This document shows positions 35,436 to 44,164 of a stretch of 64,000 nt of DNA, one piece after another. Where the stretch lies: the IMG/VR virus record IMGVR_UViG_3300046810_000338, positions 1 through 64,000 of that record; one strand, written 5' to 3'. Every line of letters starts with the position of its first letter. The first letter of the stretch is position 1. The notes under the pieces are model-generated. The model saw only the letters and a program-made list of their open reading frames with translations. It was not told the origin of the DNA and ran no database searches. The position numbers were made by a program, and so were the translations under genes.

Positions 35436-36461
35436 ATGAACCTACCTTTAAGGACAGGCATAGCACCCACGCAAGCTGCAAGGCATGCAGTGTGTCAAGA
35501 GATGGATCGTGCTGTCCATCTCATGACACGTCCGGAAGTGTTTCGCATGTTGGGGTTTAACGACCCCGACGCGATGATGAACTTTTCCCAGCGCATCCGC
35601 ACCAACCTGGACCCGATGGTCTACAGCTACGTCGAAAACGGGGCAAAGCGGCTGCCTCCGATGGAGAGCATCTTTAATCCAGAGATGACCTGGATTAACA
35701 TGTTCCTGTACATCATCATCACTCGTGCGAATTTGACGTACCGTGATCTTGGGCGAGCGGTTAGCAACCTTCACCAAGCCGATGGTCGCATCGAGCGAGT
35801 AATCGCTCTTATGCTCGACTACGTGAACTGTCCGGAATACTGGGACGGTCATACCGAGATGACTACGGCGGTGTTGAAGGAAGCTAACATGCGCCCTAAT
35901 CACCGCGTGAACTTCGATGGCGATGACCTTCGCTGTGTGGCCAACCTTTACGGGTTTGGCCGGGTGCGGGTAATGAATGCCCGTAACGTTGACATGGTGG
36001 TTGCCGAAGATCTGGTGAAAGAGGTGGAAGAAGCATTACCTCCTCTTAGCCTGGTTTCGATCCGTCCCAAAGATCACCAGATGCTCTTCAAAGCGTTTGC
36101 GATCAACCGGGCCAACCGTAACTCGGGTAACTCGACGTACTACTCTGTACCAGCCAGCGATGAGCGCTGCGCCGAGGTGATCCATGATTACCTGGTCGCT
36201 ACTCGCAAGCTGGCATTGGGGGAAGTCTCTCTGGATGCAATGCCAGCGATTGGTGTGTATGTAGATTGGCATCGTCGCTCTTTGATTGGGATGATCCCTC
36301 AACCTCGGGAAGGTCATGCTATTGACTTGTTCAAAAGCAAACTGGGGTTGGACTTGGCCAATGTTGGCACGGCTCATCCTCAAGACCAAGCCATTATCAC
36401 CGTTACTTCGTTGTTGACTGTAACCCTGATGCCCAGGACGCAGCTCAACGTATTGCATTGA
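35436..36461 (+). CDS. Hypothetical protein (341 aa)
   Basis: Long ORF preceded by a variant promoter motif (35372-35388). Confidence 0.8.
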   Translation: MNLPLRTGIAPTQAARHAVCQEMDRAVHLMTRPEVFRMLGFNDPDAMMNFSQRIRTNLDPMVYSYVENGAKRLPPMESIFNPEMTWINMFLYIIITRANLTYRDLGRAVSNLHQADGRIERVIALMLDYVNCPEYWDGHTEMTTAVLKEANMRPNHRVNFDGDDLRCVANLYGFGRVRVMNARNVDMVVAEDLVKEVEEALPPLSLVSIRPKDHQMLFKAFAINRANRNSGNSTYYSVPASDERCAEVIHDYLVATRKLALGEVSLDAMPAIGVYVDWHRRSLIGMIPQPREGHAIDLFKSKLGLDLANVGTAHPQDQAIITVTSLLTVTLMPRTQLNVLH

Positions 36462-36471
36462 GGTAGTCAGT

Positions 36472-36714
36472 ATGGCCACGCCAGAAGACGATATCAACAT
36501 CGACACTTTCCTCCAAGACTACATCACTCGAAAAGAAGTGCTAGCCATCTTGGGGGTTAGTTCAACTACCCTTGCTCGATTGATGGACACTGAAAAGCAA
36601 CAGTGCCCATTTCCAGGCCACGCCATTAAGTTGGGTGGTGTAAAACGCTGGCGACTGACCGATATAAAAGAATGGTTGGCCAAAGGCGGCAGTAAGCCAT
36701 GGAGCAACTCGTGA
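36472..36714 (+). CDS. AlpA/excisionase-like winged-HTH DNA-binding protein
   Basis: ITRKEVLAILGVSSTTL...FP..IKLGGVKRWRLTDIKEWL. Confidence 0.8.
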   Translation: MATPEDDINIDTFLQDYITRKEVLAILGVSSTTLARLMDTEKQQCPFPGHAIKLGGVKRWRLTDIKEWLAKGGSKPWSNS

Positions 36715-37088
36715 TTAAAGTTCATCTGATACTCACCCCCACCCGTGAGACCATTCAACAGGGTGGGACGGTGGACGTGCTGATGCTGCTGCACAATGAA
36801 TCTGGCATTTCTGAATACGCCATTATTCAAAAGCAGTTGCTGACTGGCAAGTGGCACGACATGGTTGTGGAGGAGATCACTCAACAGCGGTTGGTTGGGG
36901 CTCGCATTCCAGTGGTTGGTACGCTGTTGACTTCGATCAATCTGTGCAATCGGCGGCGGGTGTTTGAAACCAACCGTGGGGCCGTGCGAATTATCAATTC
37001 GACAGGCACCCCCGAATACGAGGTCATTGCTGATCCAAGGAATGACCCAGGTTTCCAGGACTTCATCACCAAACTCGGCCAACTCTGA
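36699..37088 (+). CDS. Hypothetical protein (129 aa)
   Basis: Overlapping operon ORF. Confidence 0.7.
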   Translation: MEQLVIKVHLILTPTRETIQQGGTVDVLMLLHNESGISEYAIIQKQLLTGKWHDMVVEEITQQRLVGARIPVVGTLLTSINLCNRRRVFETNRGAVRIINSTGTPEYEVIADPRNDPGFQDFITKLGQL

Positions 37089-37146
37089 CAGTCTTTTAAA
37101 CTGAGCAGGTTGGACCCTTACTCTCTATCTCCTAAAGGGGAATAAC

Positions 37147-38214
37147 ATGAATTTGAACGGCTTTCTTGGATCTTCTTTCCAGGCCAAGTACAACCTGTCT
37201 GACCGTGACGTCAGTACACTGGAATTCTTCATCTCGGTGCTACGCGAAAATTACGAGGTGCGGTTGAAAGGCAGCTCGCTGCTTGAACGATTCGACAGCC
37301 TCAGCGAAGTGGCTTACTTCAACCGCGTGCAGAGCAGCGAGGGTGTGTTTGGTGGGTTCCTGCAATTGCACAACACTCGTGTGCACCCTCGGGAGATTAC
37401 CGAAATCTTCCACGAGTGGCTGACCGAACAACGCGGGCTGGACAGGGTTGCATTGGTGTTGATCACCGAGATTGACGTTCGGTGGCTTAGCGCCGGCGAA
37501 GATCTGGCCGAAGCCGAAGAGCCGGTCGAAGGCGGCGAGGATGAGCCAAGCGAAGCGCGTGCCGAGATGTCTCGTGGTACTTGGTTGCAGAGCGGGCAGT
37601 ATCCATACGACAACCAGTTCCACGACCTGAACACCGTAAACGTCAATGAACCAGGTGTGCCAGTTCCGGTGCAAGTGGCGGCGATGTTCTACAGTGCCCG
37701 CAATAAGGACGGCGATCTGATTCCTTCCTTGCTGGAACAGGTATCGGACATGTTGGGCCAGGCCCTCGTTGCAGAAATGCATAAGGCAGCGAGTCCTAAT
37801 CGTCCCACCTCTGCACTGTGGCCGACCAACACCGAGCATTGGATCTTTGGCGATGAAGCTTTCAATCTCCATCCAGTCTGGCCTGTCCCTGCTGGCACCC
37901 CGCTGCGCGATAAACTGATCGAAGACATTCGTACTGCTGCGAAGTTCTCCCTGGCGCGTACCAGTGGTCAAGGCACTACGCGGATCTTCAATCTGGAAGG
38001 CTTTATCAGCAACATGATCTTCGGCCTGATCGGCAGTGGCGCTCCTGGCGACGTTGCTTACGACTGGCGGGCGATGGTTGACCAGTACCTACCGGTGGCC
38101 GAAGCTGTCGTCGCAGAAGATGTAACCGCAGGCACCAACATCGAACTCGGCGTTGGCGATAATGGGGAAGACGAGGCTGTTGATACCCGCTTTGTTAGTG
38201 ACCCCGAAGACTGA
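37147..38214 (+). CDS. Acidic hypothetical protein (355 aa)
   Basis: AAGGGG RBS; acidic linkers. Confidence 0.8.
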   Translation: MNLNGFLGSSFQAKYNLSDRDVSTLEFFISVLRENYEVRLKGSSLLERFDSLSEVAYFNRVQSSEGVFGGFLQLHNTRVHPREITEIFHEWLTEQRGLDRVALVLITEIDVRWLSAGEDLAEAEEPVEGGEDEPSEARAEMSRGTWLQSGQYPYDNQFHDLNTVNVNEPGVPVPVQVAAMFYSARNKDGDLIPSLLEQVSDMLGQALVAEMHKAASPNRPTSALWPTNTEHWIFGDEAFNLHPVWPVPAGTPLRDKLIEDIRTAAKFSLARTSGQGTTRIFNLEGFISNMIFGLIGSGAPGDVAYDWRAMVDQYLPVAEAVVAEDVTAGTNIELGVGDNGEDEAVDTRFVSDPED

Positions 38215-38225
38215 TACGTAACCCA

Positions 38226-38254
38226 CCCACTCTCCTAGCAGCTAGGAGAGTGGG
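38226..38254 (+). terminator. Hairpin followed by TTATGCC
   Basis: CCCACTCTCCTAG-cag-CTAGGAGAGTGGG then TTATGCC at 38256. Confidence 0.75.
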
Positions 38255-38327
38255 CTTATGCCGTCATTGGAGCTCCTGTAAGGGCGTCTGAGCGGTTTAA
38301 ATAGATAACCGAAGAAAGGATAAGGCA

Positions 38328-39368
38328 ATGTTTACAACCCGTCTCGTGAGCGATCTGGGGAATGCTATCTTGGATTTCTCCAAGACCCATGGTCGTACTA
38401 CTCTGACTGCTGATCATCGCCAACTGTTTGTTAGCGATTATTGCAACCGTGAAAGCATGGCTCGGTTGCCGTGGCGGTTGATGAATTCCAACTCTGTTGA
38501 CCAGGTGTTTAAAATCGCCAAACAGTTGCACGGCGAATTCAAAGGCCCGTTCGAACTCCCCTACACTCAAGGTTGGTTGGACAACGTTCTGGCTAGCTGG
38601 AACTTTGGTGGGGTCAACCAACCGGTTGTTGTTACCTTGGCCGAAAGCCTGTGGTTTAACGATGTCATCGAACACTACGACGTGGGCACCAGTAACCCAA
38701 ACAAACGCTTCATGGTGTTGTTGCAGAAGCGGTTGGTCAAAGACGTGCAGAAGGCTACCAGCACCGCTCACGGCGACCGCATGACGAATGCGGCGATGGT
38801 GTCGGCTCAGAGCTGCATTCATTGCGGTCTGGACAAAGTTCTGGTCGGTACCTACGATCAAGACCTATGTCGTCTATTGGGTCTGCCTTTGATTATGGAA
38901 GAAGGTATTCCTGACTGGAGCGGCAATCCGTGGCTGGAAGAGCAGGTTGGCAAAGTGCACGGTATCGGTGTAGTGGGTGGCCCTGGCTGGACCAGCATGA
39001 ACAACCTGTGCAACCTGATGCACTGGGCTATCTACAATTCGTACAGTCCTCTCAACATCAACCTCAATGCAACAAAAATTGAAGAGGACGATTCGGCTGG
39101 TCGCGTATTGGACATAAGCTGGTTGAAGGTTTTCATCCGACATCCGCCATCCATGATCTTGAGCACATTCATGGGGGACGCTCTGGATACGGTTATCCGT
39201 ACCCCGATCGATCTCGAAATGTTGGGCAACATGAACGGCGTCAATCGGGATATGGTCGCGGTTGTTCTGGCCTGTGTTGCTCATGTCCAGGATGAGTTTC
39301 ATCCTATCATCCGTAAACATTTTCCTATGCGGTTGAATACCGGCAAGGATAAAGGGGAAGCAAAATGA
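38328..39368 (+). CDS. Hypothetical protein (346 aa)
   Basis: Long ORF. Confidence 0.8.
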   Translation: MFTTRLVSDLGNAILDFSKTHGRTTLTADHRQLFVSDYCNRESMARLPWRLMNSNSVDQVFKIAKQLHGEFKGPFELPYTQGWLDNVLASWNFGGVNQPVVVTLAESLWFNDVIEHYDVGTSNPNKRFMVLLQKRLVKDVQKATSTAHGDRMTNAAMVSAQSCIHCGLDKVLVGTYDQDLCRLLGLPLIMEEGIPDWSGNPWLEEQVGKVHGIGVVGGPGWTSMNNLCNLMHWAIYNSYSPLNINLNATKIEEDDSAGRVLDISWLKVFIRHPPSMILSTFMGDALDTVIRTPIDLEMLGNMNGVNRDMVAVVLACVAHVQDEFHPIIRKHFPMRLNTGKDKGEAK

Positions 39369-40534
39369 GTAAAGACATGTTCATGGCCAAGGTCATTGCA
39401 GGCCTGGCCGATTTGGCCATGGCGGTGTATAAAGAAGCCATGGAGGAATATGCAACCGAATACGGGCCCGGTGACCAGGAGATGGATACCGTTGACACCG
39501 ATGCGGGCTACGCATGGCGCGACAATGCTCTCAGGGTAGCGCTTGAGCAGCAGATCCAATCTGGCAGGCTGTCGGCATTGCTGCGGGTACCCAGCGTCGC
39601 ACTCACTCCACGGTTCATTAACCAGCTGTGTCGTTTTGTACTGGATTCTTCATTGCACGACATCAATGAGGGATATATCGATATCCATCTGGAACAGAAG
39701 CTGCGGGAGGACATGCGGGCCTACACCTGGAACCCAGAGATGCGCCGGCTACTGATAACTCAAAGGACAAAGATGGCGCTGTACTTGATCGATCGTTTGT
39801 TCAAGTTCTCGTCGGTGCACGATGACCGTAAGTACATCGACGATCAGCACTTCCAATACATGCACATCTGGTCCTACGGGTTTCTGAGTTACCAGCTACG
39901 TATGCAGGCTCTGGTTAACGATGTCTTCTCCCCAGAAGAATCGTGCATGTTCCAGGAAAGAACCTCGGTTGGCCAAGAGCGGGTTGCTGAACTGGCTGCC
40001 TTTGCCTGCCTGCCCAAATGGGTGGTGATGGAATATGGGCGGCACCAAAAAGATGCTGGGCGGTTAAACAATTTGCAGGTGATGGATGGAACGGCAGAGA
40101 ATCTGTCCACTCCAACCAAACTGATGCTTTTGTATTGGGGCTTCCCAATCAAAACGCGTGACGAACGGCTCAAGGAAGACGAGCTATATCTGTTCCTTAA
40201 CCAAGTCCCTGGTCGTTTCTTTGACGGTAGTAACGACGATACCGTAAAGAAGATTGCCATTCGCGCAGCCTACAATCTTTTCCTGGCCCGCGCTGCGGAT
40301 CATCTGGAAAGTAAAGTGCTGTGGAACGGGCTCAATCTGCGCGAGTGTCACTTTGAGGACGAGGACGTAGACTTCACCTTGGATGCCGTGCCCATTTATA
40401 TCTGGATGGGTGGCGACAAGCAACAAATTGGTCGGTCCTATCACCATGCTCAATTGAACCGACTCTCTTATCTGATCACAGCCATCACAGAAGTGGTGCG
40501 CGAAGATCTGGATGCTCGCGGCTACATCTGCTAA
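39365..40534 (+). CDS. Hypothetical helical protein, paralog of 40595-41734
   Basis: LLRVPSVALTPRFINQL versus LLLPYSALEPRFIAGL. Confidence 0.8.
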   Translation: MSKDMFMAKVIAGLADLAMAVYKEAMEEYATEYGPGDQEMDTVDTDAGYAWRDNALRVALEQQIQSGRLSALLRVPSVALTPRFINQLCRFVLDSSLHDINEGYIDIHLEQKLREDMRAYTWNPEMRRLLITQRTKMALYLIDRLFKFSSVHDDRKYIDDQHFQYMHIWSYGFLSYQLRMQALVNDVFSPEESCMFQERTSVGQERVAELAAFACLPKWVVMEYGRHQKDAGRLNNLQVMDGTAENLSTPTKLMLLYWGFPIKTRDERLKEDELYLFLNQVPGRFFDGSNDDTVKKIAIRAAYNLFLARAADHLESKVLWNGLNLRECHFEDEDVDFTLDAVPIYIWMGGDKQQIGRSYHHAQLNRLSYLITAITEVVREDLDARGYIC

Positions 40535-40594
40535 ACCCACAACGCCTGTGAGCAATTTCTGCTCACAGGCTTTATGACATTTGAGGAGTTACAC

Positions 40595-41734
40595 ATGTAC
40601 AACGATAAAGTTCGCAACTTTGAACTGTTGGTAAACAATCTCTGGGCAATCGTCAAGAACATTCGCAAGATCGCCACAACGTGGCCGATCAACGTGGCCA
40701 ACATCGAACAAGAGATACTGCATCCCAAGAACGACGACAAACTCTACATGAACTGGTTGCTGTTGCCTTACTCGGCGCTGGAACCACGGTTCATTGCAGG
40801 GTTGGTGTCGGTCAGTCTCAACCTCATTCCAGATCACCTCGTGCACCTGAACGAATCAGAGTTCCTCCATCGGAGTGGTGGGGTAATCCTCTCTCCGGCC
40901 GAACGACTGGAGATGGCTAAGCTCGATTTTAAACTCTTTCTGGATGACTTCGCGGCCGAGAAGTTTATCCTGGACGACGAGATTGAGTTCACCGGCGGGA
41001 TGTGGACTTACCTCAAAATCTGGGCAATGCGTTTTGTTGGCGCCGAGCATTTTCTTGAACAGGTCTTTGCCCTGAAAGTGATGCAGCCCGACGATGCTTT
41101 AAGGAACAACGATCTGCCAAGCGAAGCGGTGCGGGCAATCAACATTAACTTTGCTGCCGAAACGTTGCTCGATGCAGCGGGTGCCGACATCATCTCCAAA
41201 GAAATGGCGATTGCGCTGATTGAATCTGGCAGGGACCCGTACAGAACACGGCAGGAGGTTAGCAACCACACCTACGTCATGGCAAACGTTGCCAGGGGTT
41301 GGGGGAATGATCTAGGTCGGTACGAAGGCAGTTCCGATAGCAAAATCCTCGCACTGCCGATGGTTCGTACCTTGTTGATCGAACTCTTTGACGAGTCCTA
41401 TTATCAGGAAAATCAGCAAACCCTGCTGCGGTTGATCCACGACTGTCTGGTGGCGTTTGCTCTGCCTGTGCCTCATTGGGAGACGTTCGGCGGCCTCTCG
41501 GACGAGACCAGAACTCGCGCCATGTTGCTGGTTGAAGAACTGGGCTACGACACCGACTCCCATCGGTGGGGCTTCGGTGGTGCCGAGGTAACGCTGTTCA
41601 AACTGATGGCCGGTGACCCAATGGCTATTACTCGATTGAAAGCCTGCCGTAAATCAGCAGACTACCACTGCGAGCTTTACAACATCCTGACCATCTACAA
41701 TGAAGTAGCTCGTCTGGTTGGCCACGAGGCGTAA
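40595..41734 (+). CDS. Hypothetical helical protein, paralog of 39365-40534
   Basis: GAGGAG RBS before ATG 40595. Confidence 0.8.
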   Translation: MYNDKVRNFELLVNNLWAIVKNIRKIATTWPINVANIEQEILHPKNDDKLYMNWLLLPYSALEPRFIAGLVSVSLNLIPDHLVHLNESEFLHRSGGVILSPAERLEMAKLDFKLFLDDFAAEKFILDDEIEFTGGMWTYLKIWAMRFVGAEHFLEQVFALKVMQPDDALRNNDLPSEAVRAININFAAETLLDAAGADIISKEMAIALIESGRDPYRTRQEVSNHTYVMANVARGWGNDLGRYEGSSDSKILALPMVRTLLIELFDESYYQENQQTLLRLIHDCLVAFALPVPHWETFGGLSDETRTRAMLLVEELGYDTDSHRWGFGGAEVTLFKLMAGDPMAITRLKACRKSADYHCELYNILTIYNEVARLVGHEA

Positions 41735-41784
41735 ACCAACAGCATACAGCCACTCTCTCCCATGTGGGAGAGAGTGACTTATGT

Positions 41785-42063
41785 TTACCCATTACTTTTT
41801 TGTTCCACCACTTCTGGAGCGTAATACACTGCCATGACCACCTGACCGGCAGCGCCTGCATTAGCAAAGAAACCATGCACCTGGTCAACCCGATAGTCAA
41901 CACCCACATGCATGGTCATCTTGGCCTCAGAAGGCCCTGAGGCTGCGACCACGGCTTCTTTGAGCATGCCGGGCACTGCCTTGGAGGTAAACACTCGATA
42001 CACGTTCAGCGGCTTACTAGGCGCTCGGTTACGAACGTTAAAGTCTGGATGACATTCGCTCAT
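41785..42063 (-). CDS. Hypothetical protein (92 aa)
   Basis: ATGA coupling with upstream minus-strand gene. Confidence 0.65.
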   Translation of the reverse strand: MSECHPDFNVRNRAPSKPLNVYRVFTSKAVPGMLKEAVVAASGPSEAKMTMHVGVDYRVDQVHGFFANAGAAGQVVMAVYYAPEVVEQKSNG

Positions 42064-42521
42064 TGTCCCTCCAGTGCCGACAGCATGGCATTGACGTGCA
42101 TGTAGGTGGCACCCAGCGATTCCAGACCAGCATTGTGGTGAATGCTGAAGAATGCAATCGTTGGATAGGACTTGGGCATCTCTGGCATCTCGCCTTCCTC
42201 AGGCTTGCCCCAGAATTGCTTGACGGCCTTACGAAAACCTGCCTGAGTGCGCAGCAGAAAGATGTTGCTACGCAGGTGTACGCAGTTGGGTCTTTCTGCT
42301 TTGGGTTTGGAGTCTGCCATTGCCTTTTTCAACCTCACCTTGATAGGCCACCCAGCATCCATCGATGGAGTGGCGACGACGATACCACGGGTAACTGAAT
42401 CGGGCGTGTAAAGAGCCAGTGCCTCTTCTTTACTTTTAGCCATGACCAGTTGTCGGATATGTCTTTCATTAACGGCCGTTAAGCCCGTGTGAACAAACGT
42501 GTACAGCCGACGCTTACCCAT
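42060..42521 (-). CDS. Basic hypothetical protein
   Basis: ATG 42521 overlaps the stop of the small upstream ORF. Confidence 0.7.
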   Translation of the reverse strand: MGKRRLYTFVHTGLTAVNERHIRQLVMAKSKEEALALYTPDSVTRGIVVATPSMDAGWPIKVRLKKAMADSKPKAERPNCVHLRSNIFLLRTQAGFRKAVKQFWGKPEEGEMPEMPKSYPTIAFFSIHHNAGLESLGATYMHVNAMLSALEGQ

Positions 42522-42675
42522 GGGTCCACCACTCAATGAATCGCCTCAGGAACGATTTAGGAGGCGCTCGTCGTTTAGTCTGAACATGCGTCAGTTTGGT
42601 AGGGCTGTAGCCTTTAGGCAAAGTTCTGGCCAAAGCAGCTTTGATTCTCTTTGGATCGTTTCGCGGGTCGGTCAT
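42514..42675 (-). CDS. Small basic protein (53 aa), missed by ORF track
   Basis: MTDPRNDPKRIKAALARTLPKGYSPTKLTHVQTKRRAPPKSFLRRFIEWWTHG; fills the gap in the minus-strand operon. Confidence 0.55.
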   Translation of the reverse strand: MTDPRNDPKRIKAALARTLPKGYSPTKLTHVQTKRRAPPKSFLRRFIEWWTHG

Positions 42676-42694
42676 GGGAGTTCCATATGCGTGT

Positions 42695-43189
42695 CTACTT
42701 AAAGACTATCTCATACCCGTTCTTTTTTAACCACGGACCCATCTCCACTGGCACTGCAATGTAGCACTCAATGGAGTGAGTGGTTTTCCATTCGGTAGTG
42801 ATGTTGTTGAATGGGTTGTTGTTCTTATACCAGCCGTCACGCGTGGTAGTCGGGATGGTGTACATCCACACTGTCTCAGCCTGGAGTCTCTTCAGAGTGA
42901 CTGCCTTTGGCGCCCCTCTGACTCCTGTGTCCAGTGTGATCTCCACAACGCCGTCACCGGTTCCGAAGCGCACGCTGTTGTGTTTCTTTTCAACCAGACT
43001 ACCAAAGCCTAGAAGGATTGCTTCCTGGGCCACGCTGGTGGCGTAGAGGAACTCGTTGGTTTCAAGCTTTCCATCCCAGGTGGTCAACTCCCCAGTGTAA
43101 TGGATGCCTGGCATGAGGGACCTGCCCTCGTTGTTAAACATTGAGCCGTGATACAGATACTTGGGCGGAGGAGGGAGTTGTTTGGGCAC
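42695..43189 (-). CDS. ADP-ribosyltransferase-fold protein (H-Y-E clade, Arr-like)
   Basis: YLYHGS...L.PG, FLYATS...A, late EWKT..SI glutamate. Confidence 0.55.
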   Translation of the reverse strand: MPKQLPPPPKYLYHGSMFNNEGRSLMPGIHYTGELTTWDGKLETNEFLYATSVAQEAILLGFGSLVEKKHNSVRFGTGDGVVEITLDTGVRGAPKAVTLKRLQAETVWMYTIPTTTRDGWYKNNNPFNNITTEWKTTHSIECYIAVPVEMGPWLKKNGYEIVFK

Positions 43190-43220
43190 GGTTGTTTGCT
43201 CTGGGGAGGAGGTAACTAAG

Positions 43221-43237
43221 TTTTAGACCTAGATCAT
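43221..43237 (+). promoter_or_regulatory. Candidate phage early promoter motif
   Basis: TTTTAGACCTAGATCAT. Confidence 0.7.
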
Positions 43238-43271
43238 AAAATTGAAATGGATTAGATTAAGGTCGCCAACA

Positions 43272-43643
43272 ATGACACCTCTACAGCTACAAGTATTCCA
43301 TACAGACAAAGTTATCATCCACATCGATCACCACCCATTGGTAATCATTCCAAAGTATCCCTATACCAACCCACTCAAAAGAAATGCGAAGATGGTTAAG
43401 TTTATCAAGAGGATGGATACATGGCTCTGTCCCACGTCGGCATGGTTCCTTGAGAGCTTTGACAAAATGGGGCTGCCTGCACCGACTTGGAAAATGTTCG
43501 ACGGGCAGTTTAGGCTCATTGATAAACTCAATGAGTCTCTCTACATTGGAGAGGTCCACAGAACCATTGCCACGTTAACCACCTACGAGATAAAAGAGAT
43601 ATTCGGAAAAATCGATTCTCGCCTTAGAAGGGTGGACGATTGA
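43272..43643 (+). CDS. Hypothetical protein
   Basis: Directly downstream of promoter motif; start uncertain. Confidence 0.65.
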   Translation: MTPLQLQVFHTDKVIIHIDHHPLVIIPKYPYTNPLKRNAKMVKFIKRMDTWLCPTSAWFLESFDKMGLPAPTWKMFDGQFRLIDKLNESLYIGEVHRTIATLTTYEIKEIFGKIDSRLRRVDD

Positions 43644-44164
43644 ACCCTTCTGTTTACCTCGCGCGAATAAATATAGCCTTCGGCTATCTTTTCTTTCAAT
43701 CCAGCCCGATCGGTACTCCTAGCGTAGTCCCTCAGGGGGCGTAGCGCTCTCTACTCGTATCCGCTCACTTCGTTCCCTACTACTCCTAGCTAGTGCTACT
43801 ACGCCAATTAACTCTTTATAACCTGGCGGAGACCAGTTGAGTTTAAATACATTGTTCTTTGGATGATTGTTGGCTAAGTTACCAAGACGATCGGATTCTT
43901 AGGGAATCCTCTCTTAGCACTACCCTTTTCCAAGCAGAGGGATTTTTAGGGAAAGAGAAGCCTTGGCCCTTACACAGTTAGTTAGTGCGCGCGCCGTGGC
44001 GCCGTAAGTAACCAGATTTCAAAACTAAAGTATACAAGTGAGTTACATGCCTTATGTAACGCTCTGTGAATGCTTCTGTGGGATCTTCTCCCGGCAAGCA
44101 CACCAATCCTCAGTATTTGACTAGTGAGGCTACAAAGCGCTCACAGTCGGTTTAGGAGATGTAC

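Noticed and set aside
36472-36714. Evidence for a temperate lifestyle or prophage boundary
   Set aside because: No integrase, att-like repeat or host genes in the window; the whole window is phage-like.
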